NCBI GenBank assembly: GCA_021622245.1
Contig: JAJVTK010000019.1
Span: 2,983-66,982 of the forward strand
Length of the DNA stretch: 64,000 bases
Source of the DNA: Segatella copri
GTDB taxonomy: Bacteria > Bacteroidota > Bacteroidia > Bacteroidales > Bacteroidaceae
Direction of reading: 5' to 3'
Numbering within the stretch: position 1 is the stretch's first letter; each line of letters starts with the position of its first letter. A model generated the notes under the pieces. It ran no database searches. It saw only the letters and a program-made list of their open reading frames with translations, and had not been told where the DNA came from. Below, piece by piece: positions 45,926 through 55,920 of the stretch. The position numbers and the translations under genes were made by a program.

Positions 45926-47947
45926 TTTATATGCTTTATAAAGTTCTTCCTGACTTCGGAATGGCTCGCCTTCCACAAATTCGTTGCCGCCCTTGCCATC
46001 TACCACTCTGCCGTTCATCGTATCCCTCATACCGTAAGAGATGGTGCGGAGCAAGTCTGCCTGCATATCCTCGTCATATACCGGGGTGAGTACCTCGATA
46101 CGGTTGATGAGGTTTCTAGGCATCCAGTCGGCAGAACCGATGAAGTATCTTGGCTTGCCTCCGTTGGCAAAGATGAGGATACGGCTGTGCTCCAGATAGC
46201 GGTCGATGATGCCCACGCAGCGGATGTTGTCGCTGAGCTTGGCGATGCCTGGCACCAGCGAACAGTTGCCACGAATCACGATGTCAATCTTCACGCCAGC
46301 CTTTGAAGCCTGATAGAGTTTGGTTACCATATCGGTATCGGTGATGTGGTTGATCTTCATCTTCACCCAAGCCTCCTTGCCCTCGTTGGCATTCTTAATC
46401 TCGGTATCGAGCATGCGCAGAATGCGGCTCTTCATTGAGTTTGGAGATACGAGGAGCTCGTTGAAGCGGAATGGTGAGAATGGGCGTTCGATGAAATCGA
46501 ATACCTTAGCCACCTCGTTCACCAGCTTAGGACGGGCGGTCATCATCAGATAGTCGGTATAGATCTTGGCGTTGCCCTCGTGGAAGTTTCCGGTTCCCAC
46601 GCAGGCGATGTTGCCCTTCTTTGACTCGATATAGAGCAGTTTGGAGTGAATCTTCAGTCCTTCTACACCGAAGATCACGTTTACGCCTTCTTCCTGCATG
46701 CGCTTGCTCCACTTGATGTTGCTCTCCTCGTCGAAACGGGCAAGAAGCTCTACCACGGCAGTTACCTTCTTGCCGTTGCGGGCAGCGGTGATGAGCGCCT
46801 TGACTACCTTTGAATCCTTTGCCAGACGATAGAGGGTGGTCTTGATCGCCTTTACCTCTGGCTTGGTAGCTGCTTCACGAAGCACACGGATGTAGCCGTT
46901 GAAGCTATGATAGGGTACGTGGATGAAGCGGTCTTTCTCACGAATCTGGTCGAGGATGCTCTCGTTGGAGAGGAACTCCGGCTTCATGATAGGAGCCCAT
47001 TTCTCGTATTTCAGTTCCTTGTGGCCGCAATCAGGAAACGACATCAGATCCTTGTGGTTCTGGTATCTACCGCCAGCCAAAGAAGCATCCAACTCTTTGG
47101 TGTTTAGTCGCTCACGGAGTTTCTTCTGAAGTTCCTTCGGCATCTCCTGGTCGTAGATAACGCGCACGGCTTCACCCTTTTTTCGGCTGTTTACACCCAG
47201 GGCAATCTTCTCCATGGTACCGAAGTCGGCATCATTGTCCATCTCCATCTCGGCATCCTTGGTAAACTTGAAACTGAAGGCACGATAGGTGCTCTTCTTG
47301 AAACCGAGGAATACCAGTGGCAGACAGTATCTGATTACATCGTCCAGATACATGATGTTGTCGAAACCATCGCTAGCCGGTATCTTCACCCAGCGTCCAT
47401 AAACTCTATCCGGTACCTTTACTACGGCATATTTCTTCTTCTTGTCATCCTCAGCCTTTTCTACGGCGAGGTAGATGCGGTTGTCCTCCAGAGTAGAGAG
47501 GTCGTCTATCTCGTTGAGCCAGATAGGGTTGACAGAGCCATTGAGCTTGTCGTAGAAGAACTGCGTAAGGAACTCCTTCTGCTCGTCGTTGAGCTGGTCT
47601 TCGGTGAGCAGGCGAACCTTGTGTACTTCAAGCTCTCGGAAAACTGTATCCACCGCCTCAGTGTATTCTTTCGAATAAGATTCATTGAGTTTATTTATTG
47701 TTTTAAGTGATTTCTTAATTTGCTGTTCGGTATCCTTGTCGAGCTTCTGGTCGAGCATGCGGTTGAGTGATGCTACGCGAACACGGAAGAACTCGTCGAG
47801 GTTATTGGAGTAAATACCGAGGAAAGAGAGGCGCTCCAACAATGGCACATACTCTTTCTCTGCCTCCTGCAGAATGCGATGGTTGAAGTACATCCAACTG
47901 ATGTCGCGCTCTACGTATGCCTTTTTAAGTAATTCTTCTTTGGTCAT
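45923..47947 (-). CDS. ppk1: Polyphosphate kinase 1
   Basis: RDISWMYFN.RIL, SNNLDEFFRVRVA, HVPY.SF, ELLARFDEESNI, KIHSK, RYLEHSR, SADWMPRN. Confidence 0.97.
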   Translation of the reverse strand: MTKEELLKKAYVERDISWMYFNHRILQEAEKEYVPLLERLSFLGIYSNNLDEFFRVRVASLNRMLDQKLDKDTEQQIKKSLKTINKLNESYSKEYTEAVDTVFRELEVHKVRLLTEDQLNDEQKEFLTQFFYDKLNGSVNPIWLNEIDDLSTLEDNRIYLAVEKAEDDKKKKYAVVKVPDRVYGRWVKIPASDGFDNIMYLDDVIRYCLPLVFLGFKKSTYRAFSFKFTKDAEMEMDNDADFGTMEKIALGVNSRKKGEAVRVIYDQEMPKELQKKLRERLNTKELDASLAGGRYQNHKDLMSFPDCGHKELKYEKWAPIMKPEFLSNESILDQIREKDRFIHVPYHSFNGYIRVLREAATKPEVKAIKTTLYRLAKDSKVVKALITAARNGKKVTAVVELLARFDEESNIKWSKRMQEEGVNVIFGVEGLKIHSKLLYIESKKGNIACVGTGNFHEGNAKIYTDYLMMTARPKLVNEVAKVFDFIERPFSPFRFNELLVSPNSMKSRILRMLDTEIKNANEGKEAWVKMKINHITDTDMVTKLYQASKAGVKIDIVIRGNCSLVPGIAKLSDNIRCVGIIDRYLEHSRILIFANGGKPRYFIGSADWMPRNLINRIEVLTPVYDEDMQADLLRTISYGMRDTMNGRVVDGKGGNEFVEGEPFRSQEELYKAYK

Positions 47948-47968
47948 AATCGTTTGCTTATTATAGAA

Positions 47969-48745
47969 TTACTTTGTTTTTACAGGCTCTTTCTTGCCCT
48001 TGTTATCCTTCTTTGCAGAAGTTTCTTTCTTTTCTGCATTTTCTTCTACTGTCTTCTTTTCAGGAGCAGCTTCCTTCTTCTCTAAATCAACTTTCTTTTC
48101 AGAAGTCTTTTCTTTTTTCTCTGCGTTAACTTTCTTTTCAGAGGCTTTCTCGTCCTTCTTGTTCTTAGAAGGTTCTTTTGAGTCTTTGCCTGGTACTTCC
48201 AGAACGAGGAAATCTGTATCTCCGTCGATGAAGTGAAGTTCCTTACGGAAGAACTTGCTGCTGCCGGCTGGAACGATGATGTCGTGCAACTGGTCGCAGT
48301 CATCGAATGCATGACGGCTCAACTTGTCTGGAGTTCCTGCGAAAGTAATCTTCTTCAGTTTGTCGCATTCAGCGAAAGCGTATGCTCTGATAGCTTTCAC
48401 GCTGGCAGGTACATAAATGTTATCCAATTCATCACAATCATAGAATGCATCATGTTCTATCTCCTTCACCGTACTAGGGATGATGACATGAGCCAGTTGC
48501 TTCTTGCCACGGAATGCCATCTCTCCGATAATCTCTACTCCCTCAGGAATTGTGAAACTGGCATCGTGGTTCATGCAGTAAACCAAGCGCTTCTTGTCGG
48601 CGGTATAGACTGCCTCGCCGTCAAACTCAAAGTTATCGCTGTCAATCTTCTGTAAGGCGAGGTTGAGAACCAAGTTTTCAAACTTACCGTCTTTCTTGGA
48701 TTTCTTCTTAAGAATATCCAAAATCGCTTTTTTATTTTCCTTCAT
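47969..48745 (-). CDS. BspA-type leucine-rich-repeat protein with Lys/Glu-rich tail
   Basis: IPEGVEIIGEMAF, IPSTVKEIEHDAFYDC.EL, VPASVKAI..YAF.EC.KL repeats; about 70-aa K/E-rich C-terminus; no signal peptide. Confidence 0.85.
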   Translation of the reverse strand: MKENKKAILDILKKKSKKDGKFENLVLNLALQKIDSDNFEFDGEAVYTADKKRLVYCMNHDASFTIPEGVEIIGEMAFRGKKQLAHVIIPSTVKEIEHDAFYDCDELDNIYVPASVKAIRAYAFAECDKLKKITFAGTPDKLSRHAFDDCDQLHDIIVPAGSSKFFRKELHFIDGDTDFLVLEVPGKDSKEPSKNKKDEKASEKKVNAEKKEKTSEKKVDLEKKEAAPEKKTVEENAEKKETSAKKDNKGKKEPVKTK

Positions 48746-48780
48746 AAATCATATATGTTAATTGTATTTCTTTTCGGTTG

Positions 48781-48954
48781 CAAAGGTACGGCGATATTTT
48801 TAAACTAGAGCGAAAAGACGGTTACATGTTTGTGACGATGATGTTACAGCGATATTACGCGTATTGCAATCATGTTACAAGCTGTAAAAACAGACGATGT
48901 AACACATTTGTAACACTTATGTTTTATGGTAGAAATATCTTCTCCTTATCTTTG
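48781..48954. promoter_or_regulatory. Divergent promoters with mirrored 11-bp-period TGTAAC boxes (Pho-box-like)
   Basis: TACCTTTG (-) 48788-48781; GTTACA-like units at 48821, 48832, 48843, 48854; TGTAACA at 48898 and 48909; TATCTTTG (+) 48947-48954. Confidence 0.7.
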
Positions 48955-49057
48955 CAGCCGAAAAGAAATAGAACGGCATCTTGTTGAATTTCAATTCATA
49001 ACGGGATTGCTTTCTTGTTGATAAAATCATTTAAGGTATATATATAATAAGGTAAAA

Positions 49058-50119
49058 ATGAAGAAGAAAACGTATCTGTTGGTGGCACTCGCTATGGTGT
49101 CAATGGGAATGAATGCCCAAAACTCAGAAAAGAGTTCTCTTGGAAACGATGTGCCTGAATTCGTCAAGACAATGAAGATAGGTGGAACCATCCGTTCTAA
49201 GTATGAATACCAAACCGAAGAAGGGGAGGGACGATTTGAGGTACGTACGGCTCGTATCAATGTAGCAGGAAATGTAACAAAGGAGGTTAGTTATAAGGCT
49301 GAGATTGATCTCTGTGATGAGGGTAAGATCAAGATGCTTGATGCTTATACACGCATCAAACCTTGGAAGACTCTGCAGTTCACCATCGGTCAGGAGCGTG
49401 TGCCATTTACCATCGATGCTCACCGTTCTCCTCATCAGCAGTACTTTGCCAACCGTTCGTTCATTGCCAAGCAGGTAGGTAACGTTCGCGATGTGGGTGC
49501 TGAAATCGGATATACCTGGAATGTAGGTTTCCCTATCGTGGTGAATGCCGGTATCTTCAATGGTTCTGGCTTGACCAACCAGAAGGATTACTGGACCAAG
49601 GGCGTTAACTATTCTGCCAAGGCTCAGTTCCTCTTCCCGAATGTAAACCTGGTGTTGAGTACCCAGAAGATCAAGCCATCTGATGTTACGGTAACGATGT
49701 ATGATGGCGGTATCACCTTCCACAAGGGCGGTTTCATTGCTGAGGCTGAGTATCTCTACAAGCATTATAGCAAGGATGCCTTCCACGATGTGCATGCTTT
49801 CGATGGATTCGTATGCTATGATATTCCGGTTCGCAATCAGAAGAGCATCATCAGGAAGGTTTCGCCTTTGGCACGATATGATTTCATGAGCGACCACAGT
49901 GATGGTACAAGATATGGCGGTTCTGATACAGAGCTTGGTGCCTTGAAGATCAATGATTACAAGCGTCATCGTGTTACGGGCGGTGTAACCCTGAGCCTTG
50001 CCAAGCCATTCATCTCGGATATCCGTATCAACTACGAGAAGTATTTCTATCGCAATGGTGGGATAGCTAAAGTTTCAGAAAAGGATAAGATTGTTGTGGA
50101 GTTCATGACAAAATTTTGA
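49058..50119 (+). CDS. Porin, phosphate-selective OprO/OprP-like family
   Basis: Signal peptide, FEVRTARINVAG, LDAY, IGQ..VPF, RDVGA, terminal Phe; divergent from ppk1/ppx. Confidence 0.75.
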   Translation: MKKKTYLLVALAMVSMGMNAQNSEKSSLGNDVPEFVKTMKIGGTIRSKYEYQTEEGEGRFEVRTARINVAGNVTKEVSYKAEIDLCDEGKIKMLDAYTRIKPWKTLQFTIGQERVPFTIDAHRSPHQQYFANRSFIAKQVGNVRDVGAEIGYTWNVGFPIVVNAGIFNGSGLTNQKDYWTKGVNYSAKAQFLFPNVNLVLSTQKIKPSDVTVTMYDGGITFHKGGFIAEAEYLYKHYSKDAFHDVHAFDGFVCYDIPVRNQKSIIRKVSPLARYDFMSDHSDGTRYGGSDTELGALKINDYKRHRVTGGVTLSLAKPFISDIRINYEKYFYRNGGIAKVSEKDKIVVEFMTKF

Positions 50120-50121
50120 TA

Positions 50122-50229
50122 ACAGTTAATAGTTAATAGTTTACAGTTTATAGTTAATAGTTTACAGTTTATAGTTTACAGTTAATAGCCAACAGTCATC
50201 TATAAACTATTAACTATAAACTATTAACT
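50122..50229. repeat. Heptamer repeat (AGTTWAY)n plus inverted copies forming a hairpin between convergent genes
   Basis: About 9 forward units followed by CTATAAACTATTAACT… reverse-complement units. Confidence 0.8.
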
Positions 50230-50231
50230 CA

Positions 50232-51308
50232 TTACAGCATCCCCTTAGAGCTAGGAAGCTCGAAGTGGTAGATGTCTCTCTTCACCGCCATTTTCAGCGA
50301 ACGGGCAAGTGCCTTGAAGATGCCTTCTATCTTATGATGCTCGTTTTCGCCCTCAGCCTTGATGTTGAGGTTCATCTTTGCCGCATCACTCAGACTCTTG
50401 AAGAAATGCTTGAACATCTCGGTTGGCATTTCGCCCACCTTCTCTCTGTGGAACTCGGCATCCCAAATCAACCATGGACGGCCGCCAAAATCCAATGCTA
50501 CCTGACAGAGACAATCGTCCATCGGCAGACTGTAGCCGTATCTTTCTATTCCTCGCTTGTCGCCGAGCGCCTGCAGCAGGCATTCGCCCAGGGCAATACC
50601 CGTATCCTCAATGGTATGATGCTCATCCACATAAAGGTCGCCCTTGGTATGGATGGTGAGGTCCATCATGCCGTGCTTGCCTATCTGCTCCAGCATGTGG
50701 TCGAAGAAACCGAGACCGGTTGAGATATCGCATTTGCCGCTGCCATCGAGATTTACCTTGATGTAGATATCTGTCTCCTTGGTGGTGCGCTTCACTTCTG
50801 CGATACGGTCGCCGGCAAAGAGAATCTCGGCTATCTTGTCCCAGTCCATGCCATCCTTTCCAAGAATCAGACTCTTGCAACCCAGGTTTTCTGCAAGCTG
50901 GGCATCGGTTTCACGGTCGCCGATTACATAACTGTTTGCCATATCGTAGGCAGGGTTATCGATGTATTCGGTCAGCATGCCTGTGCCCGGCTTTCTCATC
51001 GGTGAGTTATCCTCAGGAAAGTGGCGGTCGATGTGCTGCTTGGCGAAGTGGATGCCCTCGCTCTCCAGGGTCTGGATGATGAAGTTGTGTACTGGCCAGA
51101 AGGTGTCCTCCGGAAAGGAGTCGGTGCCCAAGCCGTCCTGGTTGCTCACCATCACCAGCTCGTAGTCGGTGTGCTGGGCAATGAAGGCGAGATTGCGGAA
51201 CACGCCCTTGGTGAATACCAGCTTCTCGAAGCTGTCAATCTGTTCGTCTTCAGGTTCCTGAATCAACGTTCCATCGCGGTCGATGAAGAGTAATCTTGTC
51301 TGTTTCAT
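50232..51308 (-). CDS. hisB: Bifunctional histidinol-phosphatase / imidazoleglycerol-phosphate dehydratase
   Basis: FIDRDGT HAD motif, [38 protein letters not shown]. Confidence 0.97.
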   Translation of the reverse strand: MKQTRLLFIDRDGTLIQEPEDEQIDSFEKLVFTKGVFRNLAFIAQHTDYELVMVSNQDGLGTDSFPEDTFWPVHNFIIQTLESEGIHFAKQHIDRHFPEDNSPMRKPGTGMLTEYIDNPAYDMANSYVIGDRETDAQLAENLGCKSLILGKDGMDWDKIAEILFAGDRIAEVKRTTKETDIYIKVNLDGSGKCDISTGLGFFDHMLEQIGKHGMMDLTIHTKGDLYVDEHHTIEDTGIALGECLLQALGDKRGIERYGYSLPMDDCLCQVALDFGGRPWLIWDAEFHREKVGEMPTEMFKHFFKSLSDAAKMNLNIKAEGENEHHKIEGIFKALARSLKMAVKRDIYHFELPSSKGML

Positions 51309-51331
51309 GTCTCTTATATATGTTAATACGA

Positions 51332-52009
51332 TTAATATTTTTCAATCTCTGTAGTTGCCATCTTCTGGCTTTCCTTCATTCTCTGTTTCTCTTCGTCTTG
51401 CACCTTGTAAGAGCCGAACTGATAGGCAAGCGAAATGCCGAGCCAGCTCAAGGCGTAGATGATGAGTAGGAAGGTGATGGTGAACACCAGGAAGAGGAGT
51501 GGGGTGAAATAACCCGGCACACCGAGCGGGTCGCCATCAAGTGCACCGAGCTGTGAATAGAACTGTGCGATGATGAGGATGATGGAAGGCAGGGCTGCGA
51601 TAAAGGTAGCGATGCCTACGATAATCATGCCGAGAAAACCGGTCAGAAAGAAACCTCCGAAGTGGCGGAGGATGCGAAGGAGGGATTTTCCTATCTTGCG
51701 CTTTTCGCCCTTAGGACACAGTTGCTTTCTTGGCAGAAGATGCCAGAATGATACGATAGCCATCACGATAGTGGCTCCGTAAATGATGGTTTGCAGGATG
51801 AACGAAGCCATCGGATTCACGGCTCCCCAATCGTGAAGCGGTTTGTTGGGGAGAAGGAAATAGAGTACGATAGCCAGCAATACAGCAAATGGAACATGGG
51901 TAGCCCATGTCTGTTTTACGAGTGATTTGAAGTCACTTGTTATGGTATCGTATGATGCTCTCATGCAGGCTGTTATGCTGCGATGCTTAAATAATTCATT
52001 TACTTCCAT
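51332..52009 (-). CDS. Hypothetical inner-membrane protein
   Basis: About 4 hydrophobic segments; co-oriented between the TrmH-family gene and hisB. Confidence 0.65.
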   Translation of the reverse strand: MEVNELFKHRSITACMRASYDTITSDFKSLVKQTWATHVPFAVLLAIVLYFLLPNKPLHDWGAVNPMASFILQTIIYGATIVMAIVSFWHLLPRKQLCPKGEKRKIGKSLLRILRHFGGFFLTGFLGMIIVGIATFIAALPSIILIIAQFYSQLGALDGDPLGVPGYFTPLLFLVFTITFLLIIYALSWLGISLAYQFGSYKVQDEEKQRMKESQKMATTEIEKY

Positions 52010-52046
52010 AACTATCTTGTTTTAATTTCTAATTATCGCTTTTGTT

Positions 52047-52115
52047 TTTTTACTCTTTTACTTTTTACCCTTTAAAAGTTTTTTTACCTTTTTACTTTTT
52101 TACCCTTTTACCTTT
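52047..52115. repeat. Octamer-like tandem repeat (TTTTTACY)n
   Basis: Repeated TTTTACC/TTTTACT units downstream of the methyltransferase stop. Confidence 0.7.
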
Positions 52116-52863
52116 AAAAGTTTCTTCTGAATTCTGAGCAGGTAATGGCGGTAGCGATAGCCACATTCAGACTGTCGGCTGTAGCTCTACCTTCCGGAAA
52201 GTTAGGGATGAGCAGTTTGTGGTTCACCTTCTTTGCCAGTTTTGGCGAGATACCTTTTCCTTCGTTTCCCATCACGATGAGTCCCCGGTTTTCGAGCTTT
52301 TGCTGATAGATGTTATCGCCATCGAGTAGGGTGCCGTAAACGGGAACGTCGGCAGGAAGTGATTCTACCAGTCCCAGCAGGTCGCCATATTCTACCTTCA
52401 CTCTTGCTATGCTGCCCATCGTGGCCTGTACCACCTTCGGATTGTATACGTCGGCAGTATCCTGACTGCAGTAGATATGGGTGATACCAAACCAGTCAGC
52501 GATGCGGATGATGGTGCCCAGGTTGCCTGGGTCCTGTACGCCATCGAGCGCCAGACTCAGTTCGCTGGTATTAACAGAGTAATCTCCTGAAGTTGCCTGT
52601 CTGAATACGGCGAGCACCTGCTGCGGATGCTGCAGGAAACTTACCTTCTTCAGTTCTTCATCAGTAACCTCTATCACTTCGGTTTCAGCCCCGAAGTGTT
52701 TGCCCCGGAGCCATTCGCCGGTAGCCACAATCAGGTCGGCAGGTTGCAGAGCAAGCAGATCGTCTACCACCTTGAAACCTTCTGCCACGAACTTTCCTTC
52801 TTTATTTCTGTTCTTCTTCAGTTCGAGCGAACGTATGTACTTTATTTTATTCTTGCTAATCAT
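52114..52863 (-). CDS. TrmH/SpoU family RNA 2'-O-methyltransferase
   Basis: LDGVQDPGNLGTIIR, GNEGKGIS, DSLNVAIA. Confidence 0.95.
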   Translation of the reverse strand: MISKNKIKYIRSLELKKNRNKEGKFVAEGFKVVDDLLALQPADLIVATGEWLRGKHFGAETEVIEVTDEELKKVSFLQHPQQVLAVFRQATSGDYSVNTSELSLALDGVQDPGNLGTIIRIADWFGITHIYCSQDTADVYNPKVVQATMGSIARVKVEYGDLLGLVESLPADVPVYGTLLDGDNIYQQKLENRGLIVMGNEGKGISPKLAKKVNHKLLIPNFPEGRATADSLNVAIATAITCSEFRRNF

Positions 52864-53046
52864 TTATTGTTTCTAATCTTTAATGGATGCAAAGGTAGCA
52901 TAAAAAGCAGACAAAACAAAATATTTTTCTTAAAACCTTTGGTAGTTTAATGAAAAAAGCATACTTTTGCATTTGATAAGGTGGTATTCAGACTTAATAT
53001 GTTTGAATATTCTGATAAATAACAAATAAAGTATGGAGGAATGATT

Positions 53047-53205
53047 ATGGCACGACCAATTAAAGAAACCCCAATTCTTTATGGGGATGATGCCAAGCGA
53101 TTCTTGGCGAATATAGAAAATGTGAAGCCTGCTTCAGAAGAAGAGAAAGAACGTATTCGTGCTTCTTATGAAGAGATAAAACAAATGGCGGATTTTGTGA
53201 TGTAA
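53047..53205 (+). CDS. Small 52-aa protein, putative antitoxin of the downstream GNAT (not in the ORF track)
   Basis: MARPIKETPILYGDDAKRFLANIENVKPASEEEKERIRASYEEIKQMADFVM*; preceded by GGAGG and a TACTTTTG promoter box; stop is 4 bp before the GNAT ATG. Confidence 0.75.
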   Translation: MARPIKETPILYGDDAKRFLANIENVKPASEEEKERIRASYEEIKQMADFVM

Positions 53206-53209
53206 GAAG

Positions 53210-53737
53210 ATGAGACGGTTAGTTAGATTAGAAAACCTGCAAGAAATGAAGCCGTTTGATTGTGGTGATGACGATTTGAACGGCTTTTTGCTTGATGATG
53301 CTAGATTCTATTATAAGGAATTGATTGCCAATACATTTGTGATGGAAGATGAAAATGAGATTGTGGCATATTTTAGTTTGTTGAATGATAAGATTTCTCA
53401 AACTACAGTATCGAAGAATCTCTGGAGAAAACTCAGAAAAACAATGCCTCATCGTAAGCATTTAGGAAGTTATCCTGCGATGAAAATCGGAAGGTTGGCT
53501 ATTTCGAGAAATCATCAAGGAGAAGGAATTGGAACAAAACTAGTATCTGCTATCAAGCAAATGACCGTCAATTCTCAAACGGCAATTTCTGCCTGTCGCT
53601 TTTTGACGGTGGATGCCTATAAGGAGGCTTTGCCTTTTTATGAGCGAAATGGTTTTAAGCGATTGGTTAATGAAGATGAGGAAGGTGAATATACTATTCC
53701 TATGTATTACGATTTGAAGGTATTGAAAGAATTTTGA
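53210..53737 (+). CDS. GNAT acetyltransferase, TacT/AtaT toxin-like
   Basis: FDCG..DLN.FL, YPAMKIGRLA, QGEGIG acetyl-CoA loop, LTVDA, FYERNGF. Confidence 0.85.
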   Translation: MRRLVRLENLQEMKPFDCGDDDLNGFLLDDARFYYKELIANTFVMEDENEIVAYFSLLNDKISQTTVSKNLWRKLRKTMPHRKHLGSYPAMKIGRLAISRNHQGEGIGTKLVSAIKQMTVNSQTAISACRFLTVDAYKEALPFYERNGFKRLVNEDEEGEYTIPMYYDLKVLKEF

Positions 53738-55914
53738 AAATACAGAAGATTTCATTACTCGCCCTGTCACTGGTTCTGGCTGGATGTTCTACCAGCAAAT
53801 ATGTGCCGGAAGGGGAGTATATATTAAATAAGGTGGAAGTGAAGAGCGACTCGGCAGGGTATAATGCCGGGGCGCTCAAGCAGTATGTGCGCCAGAAAGA
53901 GAAACCGAAACTCTTCTCGCTCTTCAAGAATCCTTTCAGCAAGAAGCCTGTCATCTACGATACTTTGCAGGCGCGGCTCTCCTGTCAGGATCTGCTTACT
54001 GCCATGCAGAACCAGGGCTTCATGCATGCCGGAGTGTCGCTCTATACCACCAAGAAAGGAAAGAAACTGGATGCTACCTATCTGTTGCATCCCGGAGAAC
54101 CTTTTATCATCGGTAAGGTGAAATATGAGGTAGAAGATGAACATATTCAGCAACTTCTGCATCTCGATAACCCCGATAATCAGCAGATTAAACCAGGTAT
54201 GCAATTTACGGTAGAAACATTGGATAATGAGCGCAGGCGTATCTCCAGCCTTCTGACCAATGATGGCTATTTCCGCTTTCATAAAGATTTTATCCAGTTT
54301 TCTGCCGATACGATTGCAGGACAGAAGGACATCGCCCTGACGCTACATCTGATGAAGTATAAGGCAAACAGTAATGCTCCTGAGGTTGATCATACCCGAT
54401 ATGAAATCAGAAATATCAACTATCTGAGTAATGACAGCGACCGCATTCACTTGCGCCACCAGGTATTACTCAATGCCACTGCCCTCAGAGAAGGCCATCC
54501 CTATAGCGCTGCCGCCTTGCAGCGCACTTATAACAATTTCGCCCGTCTGCAGGCGGTGAAGTATACTAATATCAGTTTCTCGGAAGTTCCTGACAGTAAT
54601 CAGGTTACGGAGAACGGAATGGAACGGGACAGCATCAGCCGGCAGATGGACTGCAATATCCAGATCAGTACCAACAAGCCTTCTACCATTGCCTTCCAGC
54701 CGGAAGGAACCAATACGGCGGGCGACTTGGGAGCTGCTGCTTCGCTCACTTATACCAACCGAAATCTCTTCAGAGGTAGTGAGCAGTTGAGCATCGAACT
54801 CCGTGGAGCCTATGAAGCCATTACCGGTCTGGAGGGGTATCAGGATCAGAACTATACTGAATATTCGGTTGAAGGCAAACTGGTTTTCCCTCGTTTCGTG
54901 GCGCCTTTCCTTTCAAGAAATTTCAGAAGAAGACAGACGGCAAACAGCGAGTTGTCGGCAAGTTGGAATCTTCAGAACCGTCCGGAGTTTCATCGCCGTG
55001 TATTCTCTACAGCTTGGCGTTATCGCTGGACAGAGCCACGCCATCACCTGGCCTGGCGTTTCGACCTGCTCGATCTCAACTATGTGTATATGCCATGGAT
55101 ATCCGAGACATTCAAGAGAGACTATCTCGATAATGCAGAAAACAGAAATGCCATCCTCCGCTACAATTACGAAGACCTGTTTATCATGAAGATGGGTTTC
55201 GGTTTGAGTTATAGCGATGGGGTAGATGCTGTGCGAGTGAATGTAGAGAGTTCGGGCAATCTGCTGAGTGGTGTTTCCAAGGCTTTCGGTTTCAAGGTGA
55301 ACAGTCAGGGGCAGCGTACATTATTTAATATAGCTTATGCCCAGTATGCCAAGTTTGATGTAGATTATACCCATCTGATGCAGTTTGATAAGCGCAATGC
55401 TCTGGCGCTGCATGCGGGCATCGGTGTGGCTTATCCTTACGGCAACAGTACGGTGCTGCCTTTCGAAAAGCGTTATTTCTCGGGTGGTGCCAACTCGGTA
55501 AGAGGTTGGGGCGTAAGAGAATTAGGTCCGGGCAAGTTTAAGGGAACTGACGGTAGAATAGATTTCATCAACCAGACGGGTGATGTGAAGCTCGACTTGA
55601 ATGCCGAATACCGCACTTCGCTCTTCTGGAAGTTTGAGGGTGCAGCGTTTATCGATGCCGGTAATATCTGGACACTTCGCAATTATCAGGATCAGCCTGG
55701 CGGCCAGTTCAAGATAGATGAATTCTACAAACAGATAGCTGTAGCCTATGGCTTAGGTCTCAGGTTGAATTTCGATTACTTCATCCTCCGTCTGGATATG
55801 GGTATGAAGGCAATCAATCCAGCCTACGGAACGAAGGAAGAGCATTGGGCGATTATCCACCCGAAACTAGACCGCGATTTCGCCTTCCATTTCGCAGTAG
55901 GTTTGCCGTTCTAA
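53734..55914 (+). CDS. Lipidated BamA/TamA-family (TamL-like) outer-membrane protein
   Basis: Lipobox VLAGC, POTRA-like region, YFSGGANSVRGW, FIDAGNIW, terminal VGLPF. Confidence 0.88.
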   Translation: MKIQKISLLALSLVLAGCSTSKYVPEGEYILNKVEVKSDSAGYNAGALKQYVRQKEKPKLFSLFKNPFSKKPVIYDTLQARLSCQDLLTAMQNQGFMHAGVSLYTTKKGKKLDATYLLHPGEPFIIGKVKYEVEDEHIQQLLHLDNPDNQQIKPGMQFTVETLDNERRRISSLLTNDGYFRFHKDFIQFSADTIAGQKDIALTLHLMKYKANSNAPEVDHTRYEIRNINYLSNDSDRIHLRHQVLLNATALREGHPYSAAALQRTYNNFARLQAVKYTNISFSEVPDSNQVTENGMERDSISRQMDCNIQISTNKPSTIAFQPEGTNTAGDLGAAASLTYTNRNLFRGSEQLSIELRGAYEAITGLEGYQDQNYTEYSVEGKLVFPRFVAPFLSRNFRRRQTANSELSASWNLQNRPEFHRRVFSTAWRYRWTEPRHHLAWRFDLLDLNYVYMPWISETFKRDYLDNAENRNAILRYNYEDLFIMKMGFGLSYSDGVDAVRVNVESSGNLLSGVSKAFGFKVNSQGQRTLFNIAYAQYAKFDVDYTHLMQFDKRNALALHAGIGVAYPYGNSTVLPFEKRYFSGGANSVRGWGVRELGPGKFKGTDGRIDFINQTGDVKLDLNAEYRTSLFWKFEGAAFIDAGNIWTLRNYQDQPGGQFKIDEFYKQIAVAYGLGLRLNFDYFILRLDMGMKAINPAYGTKEEHWAIIHPKLDRDFAFHFAVGLPF

Positions 55915-55920
55915 ATGCAG

